From positions 896,001-960,000 of the forward strand of contig CALSNU010000001.1 in assembly GCA_943787795.1 (NCBI GenBank): 64,000 bases of DNA. The letters run 5' to 3'. Under the pieces are notes generated by a model that was not told the origin of the DNA, made no database searches, and saw only the letters and a program-made list of their open reading frames with translations. Origin of the DNA: an uncultured bacterium. Its GTDB lineage: Bacteria > Planctomycetota > UBA1135 > GCA-002686595. Positions 18,809 to 28,374 of this stretch are shown in pieces. Each line of letters begins with the position of its first letter. The first letter of the stretch is position 1. Made by a program: the position numbers and the translations under genes.

Positions 18809-19888
18809 ATGTCCTCCGATGACGACTTCAAGTTCCTGGTCAAGCTCGTTCACCACGGCCACCTCGAACGCGAGCAGGCTGAGCCGCTCCTGGGGCGCCT
18901 GAAGCAGGGTGAAGCCCTCCCAGGCCTCCTCCTATCTCTGACCGGATGGGACGAGGAACGAGTGGATCGCATGATCCGTACCGACGCGGGGGAGCGCCCC
19001 GAGGTCACCGGGCACGAGGTGCTTGGGTCCCTGGGCGTCGGGGGCACGGCGCGGGTCTTCCGGGCACGGGAAAAAAAGACCGGTCGGCAGGTGGCCCTGA
19101 AGATCCTCGAGTCCAGCTACGCCTCAAATCCCGTGGAGGTCAAGGCGTTCGTGGACGAGGCGCGGCTGCTGCAGCGCCTCGAGCACCCCGGCCTCGTGAA
19201 GGGCTACGGGCCGGCCAAGTCACAGGACCAGCTCCTCTCGCGGATGGAGATCGTTGAGGGGCGGACGCTGCTGGAGTACCTGGATGAGGGGCACCTCTTC
19301 CAGGAGGACTCGGCCTTCAAGATCGTGCTCGAGGTCGCCGAGGTGCTCTCCTACATGGCGACGGAGGGGCTCGTCCACCGGGACGTCAAGCCGGGCAACA
19401 TCATGCTCACCGACTCCGGGCGGGTGAAGCTGATCGATCTTGGTTTCTGCACCGCTCAGGACGCCAAGGACGGCGAGGGGACCGCGCGCGGGACCGCTCA
19501 GTATCTCTCGCCTGAGCAGGCTGAGGGCGGTGCGAGCGCCGATCTACGGAGCGATATCTACTCCCTCGGCGTCACCCTCTACCAGCTCACCATCGGCAAG
19601 CTCCCCTTCGACGGAGACGAGAGCGAGGACGTGCTGCGTCAGCACGTGATGGAGAAGCTCTCATCCCCCGAACTCAAGGGGCGCGGGCACTCTCCGTACC
19701 TGCAGTACTTCATCGAGAAGATGATGTCGAAGGAGGCGGACCTCCGCTATCAGGACTGGCCCGAGCTGGTCACGGACATCCAGGAGCAGGTCCGGGGCGC
19801 CGAGAGCCTCGACTACAAGGCCTCGGCGGGCGACGGGCGCGGTCGCCGCCGGGTGAAGTCGACCGGACGCTCCAAGAGAAGGAGCTGA
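18809..19888 (+). CDS. Cytoplasmic Hanks-type Ser/Thr protein kinase
   Basis: LGVGGTARV, VALKIL, HRDVKPGNIML, KLIDLG, GTAQYLSPEQ, SDIYSLG; no TM helix. Confidence 0.93.
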   Translation: MSSDDDFKFLVKLVHHGHLEREQAEPLLGRLKQGEALPGLLLSLTGWDEERVDRMIRTDAGERPEVTGHEVLGSLGVGGTARVFRAREKKTGRQVALKILESSYASNPVEVKAFVDEARLLQRLEHPGLVKGYGPAKSQDQLLSRMEIVEGRTLLEYLDEGHLFQEDSAFKIVLEVAEVLSYMATEGLVHRDVKPGNIMLTDSGRVKLIDLGFCTAQDAKDGEGTARGTAQYLSPEQAEGGASADLRSDIYSLGVTLYQLTIGKLPFDGDESEDVLRQHVMEKLSSPELKGRGHSPYLQYFIEKMMSKEADLRYQDWPELVTDIQEQVRGAESLDYKASAGDGRGRRRVKSTGRSKRRS

Positions 19889-19892
19889 GGCG

Positions 19893-20849
19893 TTGACCGA
19901 TCCCGCAGAGGAGCAGGCGCCACCGCAGTTGATCCCGCAGCAGGAAGCCGGGCAGCAGGAGGCTCAGCGCGGGGCGCCCGGAGAAGACCCTGGGCTCGGG
20001 GGCGTTGTGCCTTTCCAGTTCTCATGCCACCGGTGCGGGAACTGTTGCACGGGGGGGGAGGGCTACGTCTGGCTCGAGGACGGCGAGCCTGAGGCCATGG
20101 CCGCCAAGCTCGGGATGACGCCGGACGCGTTCCGCCAGCGCCACGTCCGCACGGTCCCCGACCCGCGCGAGCCCGGGGTCGTGCGAGAGACCCTGCGCGA
20201 GCGGAGCGAGGGGGACGGCGGACGCTGCACGCTCCTCGAGGGGAACAACCACTGCTCCGTCTACACCGCGAGGCCCCAGCACTGCCGCGCCTTCCCGTAC
20301 TGGCCGTCGGTCATGGAGACCGAGGACGGCTTCGAGCGCGCGCGGGCGACCTGCCCGGGGATCCGGGTGGAGCCCACGGAGGAGCAGCGCCGCGAGGGAG
20401 CGCGGCAGCTCGCGGAGATCTACGCGGAGCTGGACGAGCTCCTGAACGCGGTCCGGCCGGTGTGCCTCGCCCGCGGGATCTGCTGCCGCTTCGAGGAGGC
20501 GGATCATGTCCTCTACGCCACCGGGCTCGAGGCGGATCACGCCGCCGCCACGCTCCCCGAGGCCCCCGCGCCCGAGGCGGAGGGGCGCTGCCCGTACCAC
20601 GTCGCGGGCAAGTGCACCGCGCGGGAGGCCCGGCCCCTGGGCTGCCGGACGTACTACTGCGACCCCTCCATGCAGGACGCGCTGGAGGCCACCCACGAGC
20701 GCTTCCTCGCGCGCATCCGGGAGGTCGAGCGCTCCCTTGGCTACCCAGCGGTCTACGCCCCGTTCCCCGCGCTCCTGGCGGACCGCGGCGTGGGACAACC
20801 GGGGAAGGACTCGACGCCGGGGTCGTCTTCACCGACATGCACCCCGTGA
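19893..20849 (+). CDS. YkgJ/CxxCxxCC-family cysteine-cluster protein with two tandem domains
   Basis: CHRCGNCC...CTLL...CSVYTARPQHCRAFPYW, then CLARGICC...CPYH...CTAREARPLGCRTYYC. Confidence 0.85.
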   Translation: MTDPAEEQAPPQLIPQQEAGQQEAQRGAPGEDPGLGGVVPFQFSCHRCGNCCTGGEGYVWLEDGEPEAMAAKLGMTPDAFRQRHVRTVPDPREPGVVRETLRERSEGDGGRCTLLEGNNHCSVYTARPQHCRAFPYWPSVMETEDGFERARATCPGIRVEPTEEQRREGARQLAEIYAELDELLNAVRPVCLARGICCRFEEADHVLYATGLEADHAAATLPEAPAPEAEGRCPYHVAGKCTAREARPLGCRTYYCDPSMQDALEATHERFLARIREVERSLGYPAVYAPFPALLADRGVGQPGKDSTPGSSSPTCTP

Positions 20850-22108
20850 AGAAGGAGCACCCGGCGGCTCGCCCGTCGCGGAAGGGGCGCGGCGCCTTGA
20901 TGATGCTGGTGTTGCTCGTCGTGGCCCTGCTCGGGGCCGCGGGGTTCAAGGCGCTGTCGCTTCTCCCCGGAGACTGGACGGATGGGTCGCCAGAGGCGCC
21001 GGCCCGGCCGGAGCTCGTGGCGCGGGCCCCGGCCCCAGCGCCCGAGGTCGCGGCGGCAGGTCCCGATCCGGTGAGCGAGCCCGAGGCCTTCGATGAGCGG
21101 CCCTATGACCTGAACGATCAGGCCATCGCGGCGCTCGAGGAGGGCCGCTTCGACCAGGCGATCGAGTGGCTAGAGGAGGCGGCGGCGGCGCGCCCGGACG
21201 TGCCCACCTTCGGGGCCAACCTCGGTGAGGCCTACCTCCGCCGGGCCCGCGCCGCGGACAGTGGGGCCTCCGACAGTGGGGCCGACACGGCGATCGACGA
21301 CTTCGAGTCGGCCCTCGAGTGGATCGACGACCCCGAGCGGCGCGCGCAGGTCGAGACCCTGCTCGAGCGATCCCGGCGGGTACGCGATGAGGAGCGCGAC
21401 TTCGTGGTCGAGCCGACCCTCCACTTCACCTTCCGCTACGACGGATCCCGTGAGGGGCTCGCTGGCGGGGTCGACCGTCTCAAGGTGCTTCTGGAGGAGA
21501 CCTATCAGGAGTTCGGCGAGCAGTTCGGTCGCCGCCCGGTGGAGGCGGGGGAGGGGCGGATCGAGGTGGTCCTCTACGACGCGCAGGGCTTCGACAATGT
21601 GACGGGCCTCGGCGACTGGGCGGGCGGCGTCTTCGACGGGAAGATCCGCGTGCCGGTGGAGGATCTCCGGACGGAGCAGCGCTTTGCCCGGGTGAAGAGT
21701 GTGCTGCGCCACGAGACGGCCCACGCGTTCACCCGATCCATCGGGGGCGCGGCGGTGCCGTCATGGCTGAACGAGGGGGTCGCCCAGTGGCTCGAGGAGC
21801 CGGCGCGACGTGCGAGTGGCGTGAAGATCGCCCGCGCGAGGCTCGCCTCGGCGCCCCTGTTCCCACTGGCTCGCCTGAACGGGAACCTCGTGGGCTGGGA
21901 GGACCGCGCCGAGGTCGCGCGAGCCTATGACCAGGCCCTCGCCTTCGTGGATTATCTCGTGGCGCAGTTCGGGCAGGAGCTCGTCTTCACCATGGTGGCC
22001 GCCTGCCGAGACCGGGGGGTGGAAGGGGCCTCGGTCCACTTCCAGGAGCGAACCCTCGTGCCCCTTGACGCGGTGCTCGGCGACCTCGCGGCCTCCCTCG
22101 GGCGCTGA
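20837..22108 (+). CDS. Membrane-anchored TPR protein with peptidase MA-like (HExxH) domain
   Basis: TM segment, TPR-like helices, WAGGVFDGKIRVP, LRHETAH, PSWLNEGVAQWLE. Confidence 0.85.
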   Translation: MHPVKKEHPAARPSRKGRGALMMLVLLVVALLGAAGFKALSLLPGDWTDGSPEAPARPELVARAPAPAPEVAAAGPDPVSEPEAFDERPYDLNDQAIAALEEGRFDQAIEWLEEAAAARPDVPTFGANLGEAYLRRARAADSGASDSGADTAIDDFESALEWIDDPERRAQVETLLERSRRVRDEERDFVVEPTLHFTFRYDGSREGLAGGVDRLKVLLEETYQEFGEQFGRRPVEAGEGRIEVVLYDAQGFDNVTGLGDWAGGVFDGKIRVPVEDLRTEQRFARVKSVLRHETAHAFTRSIGGAAVPSWLNEGVAQWLEEPARRASGVKIARARLASAPLFPLARLNGNLVGWEDRAEVARAYDQALAFVDYLVAQFGQELVFTMVAACRDRGVEGASVHFQERTLVPLDAVLGDLAASLGR

Positions 22109-22299
22109 GCGGGCCGTGGACCCCGAAGGCGAGCGTCGCTTCGACAGGGCGTGACCATCCGGCGGCTGGATCGGTCACTGGGGGGTGATGATCTCCGTCC
22201 AGCCACGCTCCGGGCCCACGCCGGGTTCCCTTCGGCCCGGCGGCCCGCTGGCGGCCGATCTCGACGAGGAGGGGGACCTCCTCGTCAGCAGGCTCGGCC
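22108..22299. ncRNA. Candidate multi-helix structured RNA (unassigned)
   Basis: Nested pairings 22108-15/22242-49, 22116-23/22212-19, 22147-53/22204-10; hairpins 22124-43, 22155-74, 22178-202, 22220-41; perfect 10-bp GGGA-capped hairpin 22263-86. Confidence 0.3.
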
Positions 22300-22328
22300 T
22301 CCTGGGTTGCAGGGTGCGTCTGTCCCTT

Positions 22329-22418
22329 GGGCAGGCATCCCCAGGGCAGGCATCCCCAGGGCAGGCATACCCAGGGCAGGGTTCATCGAGGCAGGGTTTA
22401 TCAAGGCAGGGGTCATCG
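22329..22418. repeat. 15-bp tandem repeat x6, diverging along the array
   Basis: gggcaggcatcccca x2, gggcaggcataccca, gggcagggttcatcg, aggcagggtttatca, aggcaggggtcatcg. Confidence 0.85.
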
Positions 22419-22780
22419 GGGGGCGCGCCTCTGCGGCGCGGGTCCTTCGCGACAGGCGCCCGGAGGGGGGCGGCCCGCCCGTGGCTTGCCGGGGTGTCGG
22501 GGCTCAATGAGGGAGCAGGCAAGGGCCCTGGGGAGGGGCGGGCGTTGAGGAAGAGTGGAGGAGCGGTCTCGGGAGGAGGGTCGGCTGCGCCAGCAGCCGG
22601 CGCGACTGCGGTCGCTGACGCCAAAGCGCACGCTGACGCGGTCGCGGGAGTCGCGCATGGGGCGGAGTCAGGGACGACCACCGCCCCCGGGGTCCGGAGC
22701 CGGGAGCGTCGGGCCCGAGCTGGACCTCGGCCCGCCGCGGGCTGGTGGAGTGCAGCGGCGCCTCCGGTGAGGACGCAGCA

Positions 22781-23473
22781 ATGAACGGGGGTATGGGTTG
22801 GGATCCGGGAGCGGGCCTCGGCCTGGATCCGGCGAGCTCGAGGTGGGCTCCGCTGCTCACGGGCGCTCTCGGGGGACGAGTCTCCGATCGCCGCTTGCGG
22901 GCTCTGGCCCGCGCGGTCTCCCACCTGGGCCTGGCCCGGATCTCACGCCTGGGTCCGGGAGTCCTCGCCGTGGAATGCGGGTTGACCCGATCCCAGGCCC
23001 AGCGGCTCGCTGCGATGTTCGAACTTGGTAGGGATGTGGAGCGAGCCGGCGCGGCCCGGGGCGCCCAGGCCCGGACGCCGGCGGAGGCGTTTCGGCTCCT
23101 CGCGCCCGAGTTGCGAGGCCTCGAGGTGGAGTCCTTCCGGGTGCTCGTCCTCGACGTCCGAAAGCGGGTCATCAGCCACGAAGAGGTGAGCCGGGGGACC
23201 CTCGATGCGGCGTTGGTCCACCCGCGGGAGGTCTTCCGGCCGGCGCTCCGACTGGGTGGGGCCGCCCTCCTGCTGGCCCACAATCACCCTTCCGGGAATC
23301 CAGAGCCGAGCGCGCAGGATTGGCGGGTGACGCGCCGACTCCTCCGGGCCGGTCGGCTGCTCGGTATCCCCGTGACGGATCACCTCATCGTCGGAGGGTG
23401 CCAGTACATCTCCATGAGGTGCCTGAGTCAGTGGCCGGAGGTCGCGGCGGCGGGACGGGGCGAGCTTGCGTGA
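22781..23473 (+). CDS. radC: RadC/JAB-domain protein
   Basis: GTLDAALVHPREVF, AHNHPSGNPEPSAQD, DHLIVG; divergent N-terminal half. Confidence 0.9.
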   Translation: MNGGMGWDPGAGLGLDPASSRWAPLLTGALGGRVSDRRLRALARAVSHLGLARISRLGPGVLAVECGLTRSQAQRLAAMFELGRDVERAGAARGAQARTPAEAFRLLAPELRGLEVESFRVLVLDVRKRVISHEEVSRGTLDAALVHPREVFRPALRLGGAALLLAHNHPSGNPEPSAQDWRVTRRLLRAGRLLGIPVTDHLIVGGCQYISMRCLSQWPEVAAAGRGELA

Positions 23474-23626
23474 TGGCCCGATTTCACACGGGGAACCACA
23501 GATCCAGAGCCAAGGAGATCGTGAGGCTGCGGGGGCTGGCGGGTAACCTGTAGGGCCCCGAGAGGTAAGGCCGTGCCAGGACTTCCTCTCTGCCCCGCCC
23601 CGCTCTCCTGAGCCCAGAACCCCCAA

Positions 23627-25896
23627 ATGGACTATCAGTACGCCCTGCGCTTCGAAACCGGTGAGCGCCGCGGCGAGGTCGTCCCGATCCTCGTTGATGC
23701 CGCCGCGGGCGGCGTGTTCACCGTCGGACGCCGGCCAGGGAACTCCCTGCAGGTGACAGATGTGTCGGTCTCTGGCCAGCACGCGGAGGTCGCCGTCAGC
23801 GCGGGCGGAGTGGCTCTGCGTGACCTCGGAAGCACGAACGGCACCCAGGTGGGTGGTCGCAAGGTCTCCGAGATCGAGCTCCAGCACCTCGATCAGTTCG
23901 CCCTTGGGGCGGTGGAGTTCACGCTACTTGATCGGCGTCAGGACGCCCCGGCCCCCGGTGGCTTCGGCGGAGAGGAGCTGATGCTGGAGGAGCCCGACGA
24001 GCTGGTCCTCGAGGAGCCCGCCGCGGCCCCGATGCCCACGCGACGGCCGGCCCAGGCCCAGGCCCAGGCCCAGGCTCCGGATCCGGCCCAGGCCCAGGCA
24101 CCGGGCATGTCGCAGGCCCCGACCTCAGCTCCGGCCCCTTCCTCGGCGCCAGCCCCGGCGCCGATGGACTTCGAGCTCGGTGACGAAGAAGAAGACTCAC
24201 TCGTGATCACCGCCGACGACCTCGCACGGTCCCGGAAGAGCTCCAAGCTCGGGCCCGTGCTCGTGGTCGTTCTCGCCGCAGCCGGCGCGGGGGCCTGGTG
24301 GTGGACGGGACAGAAGTCCGACGAGGGGGCGGGACGCGCGGACGCGTCGCTCGCCGTGGCCGCCGTCCCCGGCAACCTGATCCCCACGGGATACTCCTTC
24401 GAGAAGACAGAGGGTTGGGCCGTGGACGAGAGCCACGCGGCCTTCTGGGACCCCTCGCGCTCGGCGCGACGCAGCGGTCGGAACGGGATCCGCGCCGAGC
24501 TCTTTGGCGGAGACCTCGCGGTCATCGCCTCGGATCCGGTCCGGCTCCCCAGCACCTCACGGAGCGTGCGGGCCGTGGCGCAGGTCCGCGGCGAGGCGGA
24601 CACCGCGGCCCGACTCGGGTTGCGCTTCACAGGCGCGGGTGACGAGAGCCCCTCGGTCACGGTCTGGTCCGAGCCCCTCACGGGGAGCGAGGACTGGACG
24701 GAGTTGGCGCTGGAGGGCGCGGCGCCGCGTGGCATGGATCGCGTGAGCGTCGTCCTGCGCGGCGAGGGGCGCGCGGCACCGGTCTCTGGAGACCGTCGAT
24801 CGGACGGCAGCGACTCCGGCGTGGAGCCCGCGTCCCTCGACGTGGACGATGTCGCGCTCGTGCCCTCCGATGCCGCGGGGCTTCGGCTCCGCGAGCACGA
24901 CGCATGGTCCATGGCGGTCGTGGGGATGAATGCGGAAGGCGAGGGCCCTCGCGGTCGCGCTCTCCGTGCTGGACCAGCCGAAGGTCTCCTCGCTTCGAGT
25001 TCACCGTGCCGGGACCTCGCATGATGGCGTCGCCCTCGCCCTCGCGGGAGAAGACGGCGCCTGGGAGCTGACCCCTGCGGAGGCCGGGGAGCTGGTCCTC
25101 CGCGCGGAGGGAGAGCTCGTCTCCGAGGGCCTCGCGACGCTCGGCGCGTCAGGCTACGTGGCCCATGGCATGTCGTTCGAGCTCTCCAAGGCGCGCGACC
25201 TGCTCCTCGGAGCCGACGCCGGGCTGGTCCGGATCTCCAGCAGCGAGCCGCTGCAGTTCTCCTCGAAGCCCTCGGGGGGGACGATGCGGTGCTGCGCGCG
25301 AGCCTGCCCGCCGGGGTGACTCTCCGGGTGCAGGTGGAGTTTCTCCGACGAGCGCATTCAGGCCGAGCGGTTAGCCCTGCAGGCCATGGAGCTGCGCAAG
25401 CGCCGGCAGCCGCGGCGCCGCGCTGGCGACGTGGCAGACCCTGCTCAGCACCGTGCCCTTCGACGCCGGGCTGGTGGATCGTGCCGTCGTCGCGCAATCT
25501 GAGCTGGGTGCCGAGGCGAGGGCCTCACTGAGGGAGCTTGGAGCCGAGCTGGAGCGCGCGCGTTACTTCGGGCTCTCCGGCCTCTTTGAAGAGAAGCTCG
25601 GCCACGCGCTCGCGCTGGCCAAGGAGTACGAGGGCTCCGGCAAGGTGGAGGAGCAGTTCCTTCAGCTGGCGGGTGAGATCAAGGCCGAGCTCGCTGGACT
25701 GCTCGGAGAGAACGATCGCTATGAGCGCCTTCGACTGGAGGGGATCTCGAAGGTCCTCCAGGCCGATGGCGCGCTCAACCTGGTCAAGCGTGTGGACGAC
25801 TACGCCTCGGACCTTGGGTCCACAGGAGCCGGGGAATCCGGAAGTGCCGGGGATGCCGGCGGATCCGGTGCCGCCGGGAAAGAGGAGGAGCGCTGA
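23627..25896 (+). CDS. FHA-domain membrane protein with extracytoplasmic CBM-like and helical regions (about 4 frameshifts in this sequence)
   Basis: FHA: FTVGRR, VSGQHA, DLGSTNGT. Then acidic/Pro-Ala linker, TM (PVLVVVLAAAGAGAWWW) and GNLIPTGYSFE. Overlapping ORFs 24930, 25289 and 25453 join via indels near 24945, 25285, 25341 and 25400. Confidence 0.7.
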
Positions 25897-27536
25897 TGGC
25901 GAAGACATGTACAGGAGCGGACGTCGGGGCACGGTCCGCCGTGGCAATCCGTGGCGCCTGGAAGGGGGGGACGTTCCACGTCTCCAACTTCGCGGTGGGA
26001 GAGAATGACCTGGGCACCGTGGACTCGGGCTGGGCGTCTCTGCAAGCGGACTTCAAGCTCGGGGCGACGCGAATCGCGGCCTCCGGCCGTGAGGTCAACG
26101 TGCGCTACACGCGGGTCCCGGGCGTCCCGGACTGGCAGCTGCGGAACCTGATGCGGTTCGAGGTTCAGGAGGTCGGGGATCAGTCCGGCGCCGAGGTCGC
26201 CTCGGACTTCAACCTGCTCCCGCGGCCCCCGGAGATCGAGGGTGAGGACGTGGTGCTCCTGGCCATGGCGCGCGAGGCCCTCCTCGAGGAGCACTCCGAC
26301 GGGGTCGAGGTCGCTGGCGGAAGCGTCGACGCGTTCTCCCCGGCATCCATCGGGCTCTACAACGCCTTCACGCGCTACGGGGTGGTGGAGGACGACACGG
26401 TGCTCCTCGCGAACATCGGACACGAGACGACCGACGTCGTGCTCGTGCGGGGAGCGGACCTGGTCTTCGCCAGGAACCTGACCGGCGGCTCGGGCCTCTT
26501 CGACGAGGCCCTCGTCCAGCGGCTGCAGCTCTCGTCAGCGCGGGCAGAGGCCACCAAGATCGATCACGTGGACCTCACGCCCGGTGCACGCCACTCGACG
26601 CCGGAGGGGGAGAAGGCCACCCGCGCGGTGATGGCCGCGGCAGGCCAGCTGACCTCGCTGCTGCAGAGCGCCGTGATGTTCTGCAAGACGCAGGTGAAGC
26701 TCAGTGGCCTGAAGGTCGACAGGGTGCTGCTCTGCGGCGGCGGTGCCGGGCTGCGGGGGCTCCCCCGCTACCTGTCCGCGGGCATGGGCGTCCCGGTGGA
26801 GCTGTTCGATCCGTTCCGGGTCGTCGACACCTCCGCCCTCGACCCGGACGCCGCAGACCGGCTCGCGGGTCATCAGCTCGAGTCGGTGGTCGCGCTGGGG
26901 ATGGCCACGATGGCCTCGGACCCGGAGGCTTACTCCCTGGAGATCGTCCCGGAGGCCCTGGCGAAGAAGCGGGCCTTCCTGGGTGGGACCGTCTGGCTCA
27001 TCGCCGCGGCGGTGCTGGCGGTGGCCTTCCTCGGGTACAGGGTGACCTACCTCAATGAGAAGCTGGATCGGCTGACGGGGGAGAACCGGGGGCTCTCCTC
27101 GGTACTCTCGCGTGCGCGCAACATTCACGCGGACACTGAAGCGCTGGTCGGAGAGAACACTCGCCTGATCGCCGAGACGGTCGAGCTCCAGGGCATCGCG
27201 GGCTCAGGCGAGCAGCTGGCTCGGGCGGTCGCGTTCCTCGATGACAGCCTGCCCAGTGACTTCTGGATCACGCGGGTCGAGAGCGCCTTCGGAACCGACA
27301 GCGAGCTGCGCCTCGAGCGAGGGAATGAACGCCCGATCCTCTCTATCGAGGGGCAGGCCAGGGACGGCGTGCAGTCGCCCACCGCTCAGTTTCAGCAGAT
27401 GCTGGCCGAGCTCGAGGAGGCCATGCCCTACGCCGCCCTGAAGCCGTCCATTGACCGCAACAAGTTCAAGATCGACATGACGTCCTTCGCGGGCGCGCCG
27501 GAAGAGACCGAGGAGGAAGACGATGGATCTCAATGA
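25896..27536 (+). CDS. pilM: PilM-like actin-fold protein fused to a TM/PilN-like region (GspL-like architecture)
   Basis: GADVGARS, ANIGHETTDV, LLCGGGAGLRGL, VELFDPF; C-terminal TM, coiled coil and LPSDFWITRV. Confidence 0.8.
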   Translation: MAKTCTGADVGARSAVAIRGAWKGGTFHVSNFAVGENDLGTVDSGWASLQADFKLGATRIAASGREVNVRYTRVPGVPDWQLRNLMRFEVQEVGDQSGAEVASDFNLLPRPPEIEGEDVVLLAMAREALLEEHSDGVEVAGGSVDAFSPASIGLYNAFTRYGVVEDDTVLLANIGHETTDVVLVRGADLVFARNLTGGSGLFDEALVQRLQLSSARAEATKIDHVDLTPGARHSTPEGEKATRAVMAAAGQLTSLLQSAVMFCKTQVKLSGLKVDRVLLCGGGAGLRGLPRYLSAGMGVPVELFDPFRVVDTSALDPDAADRLAGHQLESVVALGMATMASDPEAYSLEIVPEALAKKRAFLGGTVWLIAAAVLAVAFLGYRVTYLNEKLDRLTGENRGLSSVLSRARNIHADTEALVGENTRLIAETVELQGIAGSGEQLARAVAFLDDSLPSDFWITRVESAFGTDSELRLERGNERPILSIEGQARDGVQSPTAQFQQMLAELEEAMPYAALKPSIDRNKFKIDMTSFAGAPEETEEEDDGSQ

Positions 27537-28329
27537 TATCTGGCAGGAGAACAAGCGATTCATCACGACCGTGGGGTCGGGGCTCCTGGTCTTTCTGATC
27601 GGCCTCTTCGTGGTGAACGGGATGTACGCGGGCGACATCCAGACCGTCGAGGGGCAGATGATGAGCGCCCGGAGGAAGCTGAAGTCGGAGATGTTCACCG
27701 CCGACGACCGAGACAACGCCAGGGACGAGAACGAGGCGCTGCTCGCGAGCTTTGACCTGCTGTCTGGGGCCGTGGCCTTCCTGCCGCGCACCGAGTTCGA
27801 CCTCGAGGGGCGCACCGACTCTGCTCGCAACGTCTACATGTCTTCGGTGGATCGGGTCCGCAATCGAGTGGAGGACCTCGCCAGCCGGCGCCGTGCACGC
27901 CTGCCGGAGGGCCTCGATCTGGAGCGCCTCGAGACCAACAACGTCGACGCGATCGAGCGGAACCTGCACGCCGTTGACCTCCTGGAGCGGGTGCTCGTGC
28001 TGGCCGTCGAGTCCGGGGTCAAGCAGGTGCGCCGCGCGGACATCAAGCTCGATCCGGCCTTCATCGCGCGCCGCGGGTTGGGATCCATCGAGAAGACCAA
28101 GGTCTCCGTCGACATCGTCGCGAGCCCGGAAGCGGTGGCGCGCTGGCTCCTGGCCTGCGAGACACCGGTGACCGGCGAAGACGAGCGCTCCGTGCGCCAC
28201 CAGGCGCTCCCAATCGACTCGATTGACGCGCGACGCGCCACGTCCAAGTCGGACGAGGTTCAGGCCAAGGTCACCTTCATCGTCGTTCGCGTGAACGAGA
28301 TCGAGGTCTCCGAGGACGAGGACGCCTGA
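27523..28329 (+). CDS. PilO/GspM-like bitopic membrane protein
   Basis: N-terminal TM, coiled coil and ferredoxin-like C-terminus; overlaps pilM. Call is partly positional. Confidence 0.55.
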   Translation: MDLNDIWQENKRFITTVGSGLLVFLIGLFVVNGMYAGDIQTVEGQMMSARRKLKSEMFTADDRDNARDENEALLASFDLLSGAVAFLPRTEFDLEGRTDSARNVYMSSVDRVRNRVEDLASRRRARLPEGLDLERLETNNVDAIERNLHAVDLLERVLVLAVESGVKQVRRADIKLDPAFIARRGLGSIEKTKVSVDIVASPEAVARWLLACETPVTGEDERSVRHQALPIDSIDARRATSKSDEVQAKVTFIVVRVNEIEVSEDEDA

Positions 28330-28374
28330 GCGCGTCATCCTTCGATCATTCACTGTCCCCAACCGTCGAGCTAG

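Noticed and set aside
18809..18990. MshEN c-di-GMP-binding domain at the kinase N-terminus
   Set aside because: The helical spacing is reminiscent, but the RLGxxL motif residues are absent.
22253..22299. SRP RNA (ffs) domain IV
   Set aside because: A GNRA hairpin and AGCAG are present, but the conserved CAGG...GGAA...AGCAG internal-loop geometry is not.
22175..22924. ORFs spanning the peptidase-radC gap (22185..22784+, 22175..22924-)
   Set aside because: Low-complexity translations driven by tandem repeats, with no motifs and atypical codon usage.
22781..23473. radC as marker of an integrated mobile element or prophage
   Set aside because: No integrase, att repeats, phage genes or evident compositional shift; it is the longer chromosomal type with an N-terminal region.
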